Shown: positions 1 to 9,371 of the stretch, piece by piece
How positions within the stretch are numbered: position 1 is the stretch's first letter
Layout: each line of letters starts with the position of its first letter
NCBI GenBank assembly: GCA_963663865.1
Contig: OY760686.1
Location: forward strand, 1,952,001 to 2,016,000
DNA: 64,000 bases
Source of the DNA: Spirochaetota bacterium
GTDB lineage: Bacteria; Spirochaetota; UBA4802; UBA5550
Direction: 5' to 3'
Translations under genes and position numbers: made by a program
Notes under the pieces: model-generated
The model's input: the letters and a program-made list of their open reading frames with translations, nothing else
What the model was told of the DNA's origin: nothing
Databases searched by the model: none

Positions 1-57
1 ATCATGATGGGATACGATCAGACCACGGGCCTTCAGAGAGTACCCTTTTATCCGTGA
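1..57 (+). CDS. possible 3' end of an upstream gene (IMMGYDQTTGLQRVPFYP*), product unknown
   Basis: Open frame from the window edge to TGA at 55-57, 36 bp before ptsI; too short to identify. Confidence 0.3.
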   Translation: MMMGYDQTTGLQRVPFYP

Positions 58-93
58 TAGTACAAAGAATTTAATTGTGAGCGTTATAGCCTG

Positions 94-1845
94 ATGTCCG
101 AAGAATTCACAAGCGGAACGATTGCCTCACCCGGTATTAGAATCGGAAGGGCCCGTGTCCTGAGCAGAAGAAATCCAGATATTCCGCGTTATTTTATTAA
201 CACCTGGAACATCAACAATGAGATTTCCAGATTCGAAGAAGCTGTCCACTCAACCAAAAGCGATATCGAGACTATACAGCGACAGGTCGCCATAACCCTC
301 TCGTCCGAGATGTCCGACATTTTTGCCACACATGTCATGATACTTGAAGACCCCCTCCTTGTTGAAAAGGCCAAGGACATAATCAGAAGAGAACAAAAAA
401 ACGCGGAATGGGCCATCAATGATATCATTGTTGAGTACACAAACAATCTTGAAGCTTCCGGTGATGATTACCTCAAGGAGCGAATAGTAGATTTTTCTGA
501 TCTGAACAGGCGTATAATATCCAACTTGATGAATCACAGAGAAAAACCTCTGATGGACGTATCCGAAGGCGATATTCTTGTTGCGGCCGATTTTACTCCC
601 GGTGAAACGGCCTGTATGAACAGGATGGCGATATCAGCATTTGTTACCGACAGGGGCGGAAGAACTTCCCACACGGCGATTATGGCACGAGCTCTGGGAA
701 TACCTGCAATTGTCGGAGCCATAAACGCAACGGCATCCGTCAAAACCGGGGATATGCTCATTGTTGACGCCATACACGGTAGAGTCATAATCAACCCATC
801 AGAAGAGGTCCTGAAAGAATACAAACAGTATGAGCATGACTACACCCGAATTGAGGCGGAGCTTGAATTGCTTTCAAATCTGGGAGCAAAAACCTCTGAC
901 AACGAGGAAATATTCATCTATGGGAATGTCGAGGTTCCTGAGGAGATGAAATCAGTAAGCCGATTCGGAGCTCATGGAATAGGCCTGTACAGGTCAGAAT
1001 TTCTGTTCATGGGCAAGAAGCTCCCCGATGAGGAGGCGCAATTCCAGGCATACAGAACGGCAGCTGAATTTTTCGACCCTCAGCCTGTAACCATCAGGAC
1101 TATCGATATCGGCGGTGACAAGATAATCAGCTATACGGAATCCATGAAGGAGAAAAATCCTTTTCTGGGATGCAGGGCGATCCGATTCTGCCTGGATAAT
1201 GAAGAGCTGTTTCGGATACAGCTTAGAGCGATTTTAAGGGCAAGCGCTTACGGCAATGTGCGCATACTTTTCCCCATGATTTCATGCGTTGGCGAATTAA
1301 AGGAGGCCCAAAAGATACTATCAGACGTAAAATCTGAACTTGACTCAGCAGGAATCACCTACAAAAAAGACATCAAAGCAGGAATAATGATTGAAGTCCC
1401 CTCTGCTGCTATTAACGCGGACAGGCTTGCTTCCTATTGTGACTTCTTCTCGGTAGGCACAAATGACCTGGTACAGTACATTCTTGCCGTTGACCGCATC
1501 AACGAAAAGATAGCCAGGCTTTACAACCCCGCTGATCCAGCGGTACTACGTTTTCTCAGAATGATTTCAGATTCGGCTGCCCGTTCAGACGTACCTGTTT
1601 CGATCTGCGGCGAGATGGCTGGCGACCCTGTTTACACAATGCTTCTGATTGGACTGGGCTTCCGTCACCTTTCGATGAGCCCTGCCTTCATGTATCAGGT
1701 AAAAAACGTAGTAAGATCAGTCAGCTCGGAAGAATGCAGAGTCCTGGCAGAAGAGCTGATGACTGAAGAAGACGGCGACATTGTTCGCCGCAGGATATAC
1801 GAAATATACGACAGAAGATTTAACAGTTTCAGAAAAAAGGCATGA
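94..1845 (+). CDS. ptsI: PTS enzyme I (PEP-protein phosphotransferase)
   Basis: GGRTSHTAIMARALGIPA phospho-His motif, GIGLYRSEFLF, NPFLGCRAIR, FFSVGTNDLVQY, ICGEMAGD. Confidence 0.97.
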   Translation: MSEEFTSGTIASPGIRIGRARVLSRRNPDIPRYFINTWNINNEISRFEEAVHSTKSDIETIQRQVAITLSSEMSDIFATHVMILEDPLLVEKAKDIIRREQKNAEWAINDIIVEYTNNLEASGDDYLKERIVDFSDLNRRIISNLMNHREKPLMDVSEGDILVAADFTPGETACMNRMAISAFVTDRGGRTSHTAIMARALGIPAIVGAINATASVKTGDMLIVDAIHGRVIINPSEEVLKEYKQYEHDYTRIEAELELLSNLGAKTSDNEEIFIYGNVEVPEEMKSVSRFGAHGIGLYRSEFLFMGKKLPDEEAQFQAYRTAAEFFDPQPVTIRTIDIGGDKIISYTESMKEKNPFLGCRAIRFCLDNEELFRIQLRAILRASAYGNVRILFPMISCVGELKEAQKILSDVKSELDSAGITYKKDIKAGIMIEVPSAAINADRLASYCDFFSVGTNDLVQYILAVDRINEKIARLYNPADPAVLRFLRMISDSAARSDVPVSICGEMAGDPVYTMLLIGLGFRHLSMSPAFMYQVKNVVRSVSSEECRVLAEELMTEEDGDIVRRRIYEIYDRRFNSFRKKA

Positions 1846-2597
1846 AACTTTACACTGAACTTGCAGAATACTACTTCTCGATTGAAGAGAACCACAGGGA
1901 CATCAGCGACGATGTATCCTTTGTACGTTCAATTCTTCTGGATGAAAGCGCCCCTGCCCTCCTCGATATAGGATGCGGAACGGGTGAGCACCTGAATATT
2001 CTATCGCGCTATGGAATTACCTGTACTGGGCTTGACAGCAGCCCAAAAATGCTCGAAATTGCCAGAGCCCGTCAGGGTAACAGAATAAAGTTCATAGATT
2101 CAGATATGCGGGATTTTGACATGTACGAGGAATTCGACATGGCCATCTCACTGTTCGGATCAATGAACTATCTTGTCGACGACAGCGAGGTGGACAGGAC
2201 TTTTTGGAATATCTGGCGAGCGCTTAAGCCGGGAGGCAGACTGCTCATTGAGCTATGGAACTCATATCCGATAGAGATTATCCGTGAGAAGGAGATTTCA
2301 CGCGTATCTCTCACTCAGTTCGGAAATATCCAGATTGAGAGAGAAAGAGGTTTCAGGAAGATTGATTCCTTTGGGGGGCGAACCGTCTGTGAGGTAAACT
2401 ACATATACCATGTCCACAAAAACGGGGCAACAGAGGAGATCAGAGACAGGCACATTATGAGGTCATTTTCGATGAACGAAATAGAGCCCTTCATCCGGGA
2501 CAACGGTTTTGTTATTGAAAACGTATACTCAAGCGTACTAAAGGAACCCGTAACGCCCAGATCAAAAAAGATGATATTCTTATGCACAAAGGAGTAG
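1842..2597 (+). CDS. class I SAM-dependent methyltransferase
   Basis: LLDIGCGTGEH motif I, GLDSS, ALKPGG; ATGA overlap with the ptsI stop. Confidence 0.9.
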   Translation: MKLYTELAEYYFSIEENHRDISDDVSFVRSILLDESAPALLDIGCGTGEHLNILSRYGITCTGLDSSPKMLEIARARQGNRIKFIDSDMRDFDMYEEFDMAISLFGSMNYLVDDSEVDRTFWNIWRALKPGGRLLIELWNSYPIEIIREKEISRVSLTQFGNIQIERERGFRKIDSFGGRTVCEVNYIYHVHKNGATEEIRDRHIMRSFSMNEIEPFIRDNGFVIENVYSSVLKEPVTPRSKKMIFLCTKE

Positions 2598-2603
2598 CGT
2601 GGG

Positions 2604-3095
2604 TCAGCCCCTCAGAACAAGGGATGAAGCCGAAGCCGCAATTCCTTCACCTCTTCCGGTAAAACCGAGTCCTTCCGTTGTTGTACCCTTGATGCCAATT
2701 CTGGAGACGTCAAGGCCGTTCATGGCCCTGGATATATTGTTTTTCATAGTTTCTATGTAAGGAGCGATCTTAGGCCTGTCGCAAATTACTGTACAGTCAA
2801 TTGAAATGACCTGGATACCGCCATCATCAAGCATGCCGAAAACCTGACTCAGAAGATCAAGGCTGTAAATATCCTTATAGTTTTGATCGGAATCCGGGAA
2901 TAACCTTCCAATATCTGGAAGAGAGGAAGCGCCCAATAGTGAATCCATCAAGGCATGAAGCAGTACATCGGCATCGGAATGACCGACAAGCCCCTCGGGA
3001 TGATCAATCTCTGCGCCGCCCAAAACGAGGGGCCTGTTAGCGCCAAAACGGTGAACATCAAAGCCGTTTCCGATTCGAAGAGAAAGTATATCCAC
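2604..3095 (-). CDS. ispF: 2-C-methyl-D-erythritol 2,4-cyclodiphosphate synthase
   Basis: RIGNGFDVHRF, GHSDADVLLHALMD, DIGRLFPD, TTTEGLGFTGRGEGIAA. Confidence 0.96.
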   Translation of the reverse strand: MDILSLRIGNGFDVHRFGANRPLVLGGAEIDHPEGLVGHSDADVLLHALMDSLLGASSLPDIGRLFPDSDQNYKDIYSLDLLSQVFGMLDDGGIQVISIDCTVICDRPKIAPYIETMKNNISRAMNGLDVSRIGIKGTTTEGLGFTGRGEGIAASASSLVLRG

Positions 3096-3107
3096 AGAGG
3101 CCGACCG

Positions 3108-3407
3108 TTAAATATTGAAAACGTCAGAAAGCGAACTCAGCTTAAGTACATTAAGAACCTTTGAGCTTACTTTATTGATGTTGAGGGATTTACCCTTTTT
3201 TTTCTGGAGCTTTAAAAGGCTGATGAGTACACCAACACCTGAAGAATCGATATAGTCAACCGCAGAAAGGTCGATCTCAATATCCTTGTCGATATTCTGT
3301 CCAATCTCAAACAGCTTCTGTTTGAAAGTCTTGATGGTCATCATCTCGATGTCGCCTTCAACAGTCACGAGAACTCTGTCGTCACTTTCTTTGATGTCAA
3401 TTTCCAT
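3108..3407 (-). CDS. STAS-domain anti-sigma factor antagonist (RsbV/SpoIIAA family)
   Basis: IDLSAVDYIDSSGVGVL with the phosphorylatable Ser; start moved to MEIDIKE (ATG 3407), 99 aa. Confidence 0.9.
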   Translation of the reverse strand: MEIDIKESDDRVLVTVEGDIEMMTIKTFKQKLFEIGQNIDKDIEIDLSAVDYIDSSGVGVLISLLKLQKKKGKSLNINKVSSKVLNVLKLSSLSDVFNI

Positions 3408-3669
3408 ATAGTACCTGTTTAATCGGTTTGTATGCTTCCAAAACAATGCTCAAAAAACACTTATGTGCTTATACATCTTAAAAAAGGAAAAATTGTCTTG
3501 CTTACGTATCATTCGGAATATACAATAGAAAAGGTCTGTTTGTCCAGAATCTTTTATATTTTCGTCATCTATACGGTTATATTTAATCTATTATTTGTGT
3601 ATTTTCCATAACTGGACGAATCATACCGCTTCAGACAGGATGGTTTATAAAGTATTATTTAACTCTGCC

Positions 3670-4041
3670 ATGAGGATAAACACGGTGAATAGAATTTTAC
3701 TCATTTCTTTTATTGTATTAATAACAGGCAGCTTCCTTACGGGAGCTGATATTAATGACAATAGTGTAAAAAATATGATAGGCATCTCAGAATCCAGACT
3801 TGCGAGTTACATTGAAGAGCATCATCCACAGGCCGTTAAAGATGATATCTCTCAAATAGAAAAAACTATCGGTAAATCAAAACGCCTTCTTTCGGAGGGT
3901 AAAACGAGCGAAGCGTACTACATAATAAGCCTTACAGCGCCACAGTTCAAAAAGCTGCAGGCACGTATTGAATATCAGCAGACTTTGAATAAATACAATG
4001 AATTGGAGGGGCACATATCTGTTCCGGAGGTAAGCAAATGA
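3670..4041 (+). CDS. exported helical protein, DUF4398-like, partner of the downstream OmpA-like gene
   Basis: Hydrophobic signal peptide, helical body; overlaps the next gene (ATGA); start 3670 or GTG 3685 (GAGGA RBS). Confidence 0.5.
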   Translation: MRINTVNRILLISFIVLITGSFLTGADINDNSVKNMIGISESRLASYIEEHHPQAVKDDISQIEKTIGKSKRLLSEGKTSEAYYIISLTAPQFKKLQARIEYQQTLNKYNELEGHISVPEVSK

Positions 4042-4781
4042 AATTGAGGATATTATCGTCAGCCATTATCCTGCTTTTTGCCGTGGCAGCCCATTCTTTT
4101 ACTGAAACAGATTATAACGACGCTATAAAAAAGGCCTCTGAAGCGATTGAGCGTCTGGAAAAAGACGAAAACATTAAACCTTATATCCCATACGGGATTT
4201 ACGCCGATCTGGTTGTATCAATTAGAGCAGCACGTTCATCATTTGGAACCGGCAATATAGATGAAGCATATTTTCACGCGCGGGCAGCGATTGAATACGC
4301 TGAAACCGTTGCCATCATTGCGGACACCAGGCGTATGGGAAAAGAGATTGAGATTGCCAATACGATTTCAAAGATAGAAACGCGTATCGCGGAGAGTGAA
4401 GCGTCAAGGTATTCGCTTCTGCTTGCATCCGGATTTCGAAAGAAGGGGAATTGCTACACCGTTGATATTTCTGACGGGCTCGTATTCGGAAAAAACCGGG
4501 GAGCTTTGAGCGTTTCCGGAGAAGAGAGGCTTAATAAGCTCGTACAGATTATCAAGAAGCTGGGTCCCTCAGGAGTAGTCATTGCCGGACATACGTCAAA
4601 ACGCGATGTGAAAAACTATTCCGCAAGAAAAGCCGGCATAGTTGAGTCATTTCTGATAAAGCAGGGAGTAGATTCCGGCCTTATACGAAAGGCGTCATTT
4701 GGAGACACCGTAGCTGCCGATACCGCCGCCGGATTTATAAAGGCTGACAGGATAGAGATTGTTCTCGAGGGGCTTCAGTAA
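4038..4781 (+). CDS. OmpA C-terminal-like domain protein with N-terminal helical region
   Basis: Signal peptide; VVIAGHTS...YSARKAGIVESFLIKQGVD...SFGD...ADRIEIVL follows the OmpA_C pattern. Confidence 0.7.
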   Translation: MKLRILSSAIILLFAVAAHSFTETDYNDAIKKASEAIERLEKDENIKPYIPYGIYADLVVSIRAARSSFGTGNIDEAYFHARAAIEYAETVAIIADTRRMGKEIEIANTISKIETRIAESEASRYSLLLASGFRKKGNCYTVDISDGLVFGKNRGALSVSGEERLNKLVQIIKKLGPSGVVIAGHTSKRDVKNYSARKAGIVESFLIKQGVDSGLIRKASFGDTVAADTAAGFIKADRIEIVLEGLQ

Positions 4782-6783
4782 GCTCTGACGCGGACGGCCT
4801 GATTTTTTCAATAAGCACCCTCAGCCTTGTGCGGCCCATAAAGCTCTCTCGGCTTAGAGAGCCCAAAACATCAAAGGTCGGGCTTTCATGAAAAACACGC
4901 TCCATTACACGGGCCATGTTCCAGCCTATTGCCTCGGCATATTCAGGATTGATAAGGTCGTATCTGCCATGCTGTTTATCAGCTCCAAAGGCAGTGAAGT
5001 TTTCAGCTCTAAGATTTCTTATTATAAAGAGCGGAGACGGATTGTCCCTTCCGAAAGGCTCAAGGCCTTTAAGGGCATTCAGAAAGGATGATGAAATGTC
5101 GTTTGAGCCGATTTCCATGTCAGCGGGCTGTTCCACAGCAGCAAAGTTCTTTTCGGAAAGGCCTGCGGATATCCGGCTTTGAATCTCATTAAGCGCGTCC
5201 CTGCTGGCCGTAAAACCAAAGGCCTGGGGGTGTCCGCCGATTCTTTCAAACAGGTCAATTAAAGGTTCGACAGCCGAATAGAAGTCGAAACCTTCAGGCG
5301 CACGGCCGGAACCTCTGACAAAGCCGGGTTCCTCTGAAACGGAGGCGTATACAATCACCGGCTTTGCATATTTGTCGCTTATTCTGTTTGCAACAAGTCC
5401 GGTCAGCCCCTCCTCCATGTCTCCGCCATTGACAAAAATAAACCCACCGGATGCGTCAACCGTTCCGCTTCGAATCATTTCCAGCACTTTTGAACATTCG
5501 GCTGTAACGGTCCTTTTCCTTTTTTCGTTCAGCCTCTTAATCTCGTTTACCAGCTCTTCACTGTTTCCGCTGTTTAAAAGAAAATCGGCCGTCATTTCCG
5601 CCATTCCAAATCTGCCGGGAGTGTTTAGCAGCGGGGCGATCTCCCAGCCGATTTTTTTACAGCTCATCGGACCGCCGTCAATTACGCGCCTCAGGTTTTC
5701 ATGTGTTGTGGATTCAAGTTCTCTCATCCCATGGCATATAATGACCCTGTTTTCACCGGTCATGGGCATGATATCCGCTATGCTGCCTAACGCCACCATC
5801 TGAGAAGCGGACGATATGAACTCCCTTATCTTCGCTGGTGAAAAATGCTGGTATTCCTTAAAAAGAGAAATCAGGGGGATAATACCGGTCCGTGTCGCGG
5901 CAGCTTCCGTAACTCCGTTTTTTGCGGGATTCAATACGGCAACTTTTTTCCCAGGGAAAAGCGGGCTGATTTTGCTGTAATCCGCTTCAGATGTCAGCAT
6001 GATTGAGGATTCATCTTTGAATGATTCAATGTAATCTCGCAGTGTTTCAAAGTCAGGTTTTTCTGCGGACTCACGGACAACCCCCTCTGTCAGCATGGCC
6101 ACTTCATATCCCTCAGCCTTCGAAGCTATCAGGAAGACCCTGCTGTTGAATACCGGCAGGTAGCTCATGAGAACGGCCAGAGCGGTCTTATACGCCACCC
6201 CTACGCCCGCAAGGTTCTTATCTGGATATGAACACTCTTTAAGCCTTGGGTTAACGACAATAGCAGGCGGAATTTCATCGCCCTGCTCATGGTGATCCGT
6301 TACTATTACATCAATTCCACGGGAAACAGCGTATTTGATTTCATTGACATCCTTTATGCCTGAGTCGACTGTGATAAGCAGCGTAACTCGCTTATCCGCC
6401 ATCTCGTCGACGACGGACTCAGTAAGACCATAGGGCTCATCCTTGACAGGGAAACGGTATGAAGGGGTTATGGAAAACTTCTCAAAAAGCGACATCATAA
6501 CAGCGAGAGAGCTGAGTCCATCGAGATCGGAATCAGCGAATATACCGATCCTTTCGCCCGATGATATGGCCTTCTTTATTCTTTCGACAGCTTCACTCAT
6601 TCCCGAAAGCCGAAACGGGCTGTGGCACTGATAGAAGCCCGGATTGAGAAATGCATCTATTTCGTCCGCGCTTCTTATGCCCCTGGCGTTGAGTATTCTG
6701 AGAACCCTTCTGTCAGCTGAAAGCAGCGAAGCGGACTCTTTGAGAAGGTCTTCATCTACTTCCCTGAGCGGCCATTCAGACAT
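4735..6783 (-). CDS. recJ: single-stranded-DNA-specific exonuclease RecJ, with internal insertion
   Basis: DSDLDG, LITVDSG, IVTDHH, NLAGVGVAYK, ALGSIADIMPMTGENR, RGSGR, GGHPQAFG. Confidence 0.93.
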   Translation of the reverse strand: MSEWPLREVDEDLLKESASLLSADRRVLRILNARGIRSADEIDAFLNPGFYQCHSPFRLSGMSEAVERIKKAISSGERIGIFADSDLDGLSSLAVMMSLFEKFSITPSYRFPVKDEPYGLTESVVDEMADKRVTLLITVDSGIKDVNEIKYAVSRGIDVIVTDHHEQGDEIPPAIVVNPRLKECSYPDKNLAGVGVAYKTALAVLMSYLPVFNSRVFLIASKAEGYEVAMLTEGVVRESAEKPDFETLRDYIESFKDESSIMLTSEADYSKISPLFPGKKVAVLNPAKNGVTEAAATRTGIIPLISLFKEYQHFSPAKIREFISSASQMVALGSIADIMPMTGENRVIICHGMRELESTTHENLRRVIDGGPMSCKKIGWEIAPLLNTPGRFGMAEMTADFLLNSGNSEELVNEIKRLNEKRKRTVTAECSKVLEMIRSGTVDASGGFIFVNGGDMEEGLTGLVANRISDKYAKPVIVYASVSEEPGFVRGSGRAPEGFDFYSAVEPLIDLFERIGGHPQAFGFTASRDALNEIQSRISAGLSEKNFAAVEQPADMEIGSNDISSSFLNALKGLEPFGRDNPSPLFIIRNLRAENFTAFGADKQHGRYDLINPEYAEAIGWNMARVMERVFHESPTFDVLGSLSRESFMGRTRLRVLIEKIRPSASELTEAPREQSLSCQPL

Positions 6784-6789
6784 TCGGCT

Positions 6790-7455
6790 TCATCCTTCCT
6801 TTCGTTCAAGGGCCTTTTCCGAGTAGTGAATGGCCTTGTCAAGATACGCGCGTGAAACGCTTTCAATTCTGAATTTCTTGATTTTTGAAGCAATTTCCCT
6901 GATCTCATTGATCATCAACTCAGACTTTTTGTCCGCGATGGATATGCTTCCGTCAATCTGTTTGCATATTGTTTCAGAGGATATCTTTATTTTAAGAGAA
7001 AGCGTATTGAAATATACAGCCAGCTTGAGGGCCCTGATAATTGCCGTGTATGTGGAGTATGGCTCGCTGTTTGTACCGGTATACTGAGAAACCCTTCCAA
7101 CCTGCCTGTCATCCTGATCGTGAATGACAAGGCCTATTCCTGATGGGCCGGTTTTTTTGCCGTCAACAAAAGCCGCAGTATATATAGAGAGTTGCGAACT
7201 TACTGGAACCGCGGAGAGCTCGGCACCGACAAGAAGAGCCGCTGCTTCGCTGTCCTCTTCAGGCTTTTTTGGTTCCTGTTTTTTTATGATAATCTTTTTT
7301 CTTGATAGAGGCTTTTCATATTTAGCGAGAATATCTCTCGCCCTTCTGATAACACCGCTCACATCGTCTTCAGAACAGGCCGAAAGCTCGGCAATCTTTG
7401 ATACTGACTTGCCCTCGGCAAGAAGTTGAAGAACTCTGTCAATACTTAAAAGCAT
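6790..7455 (-). CDS. N-terminal HTH fused to an RNase HI-like domain lacking catalytic carboxylates
   Basis: GKSVSKIAELSACSEDDVSGVI HTH; IYTAAF..TGPSGIGLVIHD..YTAIIRALKLA..KISSETICKQIDG matches the RNase HI pattern; lies downstream of nif3 and the zinc-ribbon gene as rnhA-like genes often do. Confidence 0.75.
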   Translation of the reverse strand: MLLSIDRVLQLLAEGKSVSKIAELSACSEDDVSGVIRRARDILAKYEKPLSRKKIIIKKQEPKKPEEDSEAAALLVGAELSAVPVSSQLSIYTAAFVDGKKTGPSGIGLVIHDQDDRQVGRVSQYTGTNSEPYSTYTAIIRALKLAVYFNTLSLKIKISSETICKQIDGSISIADKKSELMINEIREIASKIKKFRIESVSRAYLDKAIHYSEKALERKEG

Positions 7456-7561
7456 ATAATAATCCTGTGTATGTTGTAATTAGATCGGCATGCTCTCAGG
7501 CGCTTCGCGTCCGGGCGTAAAGCCTTAATCTCTATCTGTTCAACGTAAGCATAACGGTTTC

Positions 7562-7599
7562 AAAGAAAAAAAATAAAATAATTATCCCGCAAGGGATAT
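7562..7599 (-). terminator. intrinsic terminator after the zinc-ribbon gene
   Basis: Minus strand: TATCCC-TTGC-GGGATA hairpin followed by a long T-rich tract. Confidence 0.55.
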
Positions 7600-8300
7600 C
7601 ACTCGGCGTAAATATACCTTCCACAATTTGTGCAGCTAATAATGGCATTTGTACCGGATGCCTCTACCGCAAGCTGCGAAGGAATCTGAAAGTGACATGC
7701 CCCGCAGACCTCTCCTTCAAGTTTTGCTATTCCGATGCCGTCCTTCGAACCCAGCAGCTTTTTAAATCTCGACTGGTGCGAAACTGTGAGGTTTGGAAAC
7801 AGCGTGTCAAATTTCTCTGTCTCCGCAGCGATATCAGCTTCAAGGGCCGCTATCTTCGAGTTGATGTATTCATTGTCTTTGACAAACTGTTCAGAGGCCT
7901 CAGCAGCGTCTGCCGCGGTTTCTTCGGCTTTCTTTTCGCAATCAGCCTGGTCGTCGATGAGCTGAATCAGCCTTTCAGCGAGAGCTTCATCCTCACCCCT
8001 GGCCTTTTCAATCTCCCTGTCTACTGCCGCGATCTCCTTTTCAGACGCAAGCGTTGTCTTTCTTTCCTGAAGCTTCCTGAGCCTGGCGTCCGCTGTATCG
8101 AGGTCAAGCTCTATCCTCTTAACCTCAGACCTCACATCGGCAAGGCTTTTTGCGGCTGACTGAGACTCTTTGTTCTTCTCTTCAAGTCCGGCCTTCCAGA
8201 AAAGGATGTTCTTGCGGCATCTTGACGTTTCTTCCTTCAGAGACAGGATTCTGCTCCAGTACCTCTGAAGCTCGACCATAATTTTTATATCTTTGTTCAT
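7599..8300 (-). CDS. coiled-coil protein with C4 zinc ribbon (CT398/FlgZ-like)
   Basis: Long coiled coil, then CGACHF...CTNCGRYIY; overlaps nif3. Confidence 0.87.
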   Translation of the reverse strand: MNKDIKIMVELQRYWSRILSLKEETSRCRKNILFWKAGLEEKNKESQSAAKSLADVRSEVKRIELDLDTADARLRKLQERKTTLASEKEIAAVDREIEKARGEDEALAERLIQLIDDQADCEKKAEETAADAAEASEQFVKDNEYINSKIAALEADIAAETEKFDTLFPNLTVSHQSRFKKLLGSKDGIGIAKLEGEVCGACHFQIPSQLAVEASGTNAIISCTNCGRYIYAE

Positions 8301-9109
8301 TGGCGGAAGTAGACCTTGAAGGGATTTTTTGACTGTGTGCTCATAATTAGTCTGATTTCTCCGTCATGGCCGTTTTTTGTCAAGCACTCATGTAATTCAT
8401 CCATTAAAAATCTCAGCATTAGTTTTTCGGTATGATAGTGGCCCGCGTCGATAACGGCGACTCCATGAGCGGCAGCCTCCATTGCAGCGTGATAGCCCAC
8501 GTCTCCGGTCACGATGCAGTCAACCTCACCGGAGGCGGCAATACCCGCAACGGCTTTCCCGCCTGAGCCGTTTAACAGGGCCGCTCTTTTTATTGCACGG
8601 TCATCGTCTCCGCAATATGCGAGGTGTTCCGCTTCAAGTTTCCCGGCGATATTTTCAAGAAAGCCCCTCAAGCTGACCGGTTTTGTTTCAGAGAGCGTCC
8701 CAAATCCGGTTACCCTTCCGTCTTCAAGGGTTTCGCCTCCGAAGAGGACCCTGATGTGTTTCAGCCCGAGTACTGATTCAAGCTTCCGGCAGAACACTCT
8801 GTCGAGATTGGTATGGGCCGAATAGACGCCGATGCCGGATTTAATTAACCTCATTATCACAGAAGACAGCGGGTCTCCTGGCAATATGCTCTTTATTCCG
8901 CGGAAGATGACCGGATGATGGCTCAGGATAAGGCTGGCGCCGGTCCTCTCTGCCTCGAGAACGGTGTCCATTGTGACATCAAGCGTAAGCAGCGCTGTTC
9001 TGATATCGCTGTTTTCCGGTATTACCTGCGGCCCTGAATTGTCATAGTTCTCCTGAAGGCTGAGCGGATATAGAGCTTCAATCAGTTTAAATAATTCCTC
9101 TGCGAGCAA
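8297..9109 (-). CDS. Nif3-like dinuclear metal centre hexameric protein
   Basis: QENYDNSG, LSHHPVIF, SAHTNLD, VTGDVGYH, IDAGHYHTE; TTG start at 9109 behind GGAGG. Confidence 0.92.
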   Translation of the reverse strand: MLAEELFKLIEALYPLSLQENYDNSGPQVIPENSDIRTALLTLDVTMDTVLEAERTGASLILSHHPVIFRGIKSILPGDPLSSVIMRLIKSGIGVYSAHTNLDRVFCRKLESVLGLKHIRVLFGGETLEDGRVTGFGTLSETKPVSLRGFLENIAGKLEAEHLAYCGDDDRAIKRAALLNGSGGKAVAGIAASGEVDCIVTGDVGYHAAMEAAAHGVAVIDAGHYHTEKLMLRFLMDELHECLTKNGHDGEIRLIMSTQSKNPFKVYFRQ

Positions 9110-9371
9110 TGTAACCTCCAAAAAGTAAATACGCGTTGTCCGGTTCTGTAAGAGCACTATACCTCAGGGTCCAATCGCTGTCATCAATAAATTATGCTTG
9201 ATGCTGAGATACCCGCGCTATATGAGTGAACTTTCGCTTGATATTTCAATATTCAGGAACTATAAATAAAAAACCGGGCAGCCGAGAAGCTCATTATTCA
9301 GGCAGGGCCCTGTTCTTAAAAGCGGATTTTATGAAATTTTGCATTGCAATACAATGATATGGAGAAGACAA

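Noticed and set aside
7456-7598. Possible rnpB (RNase P RNA), often found near nif3/zinc-ribbon/rnhA
   Set aside because: The gap is only about 140 bp and lacks the GAGGAAAGTCC signature
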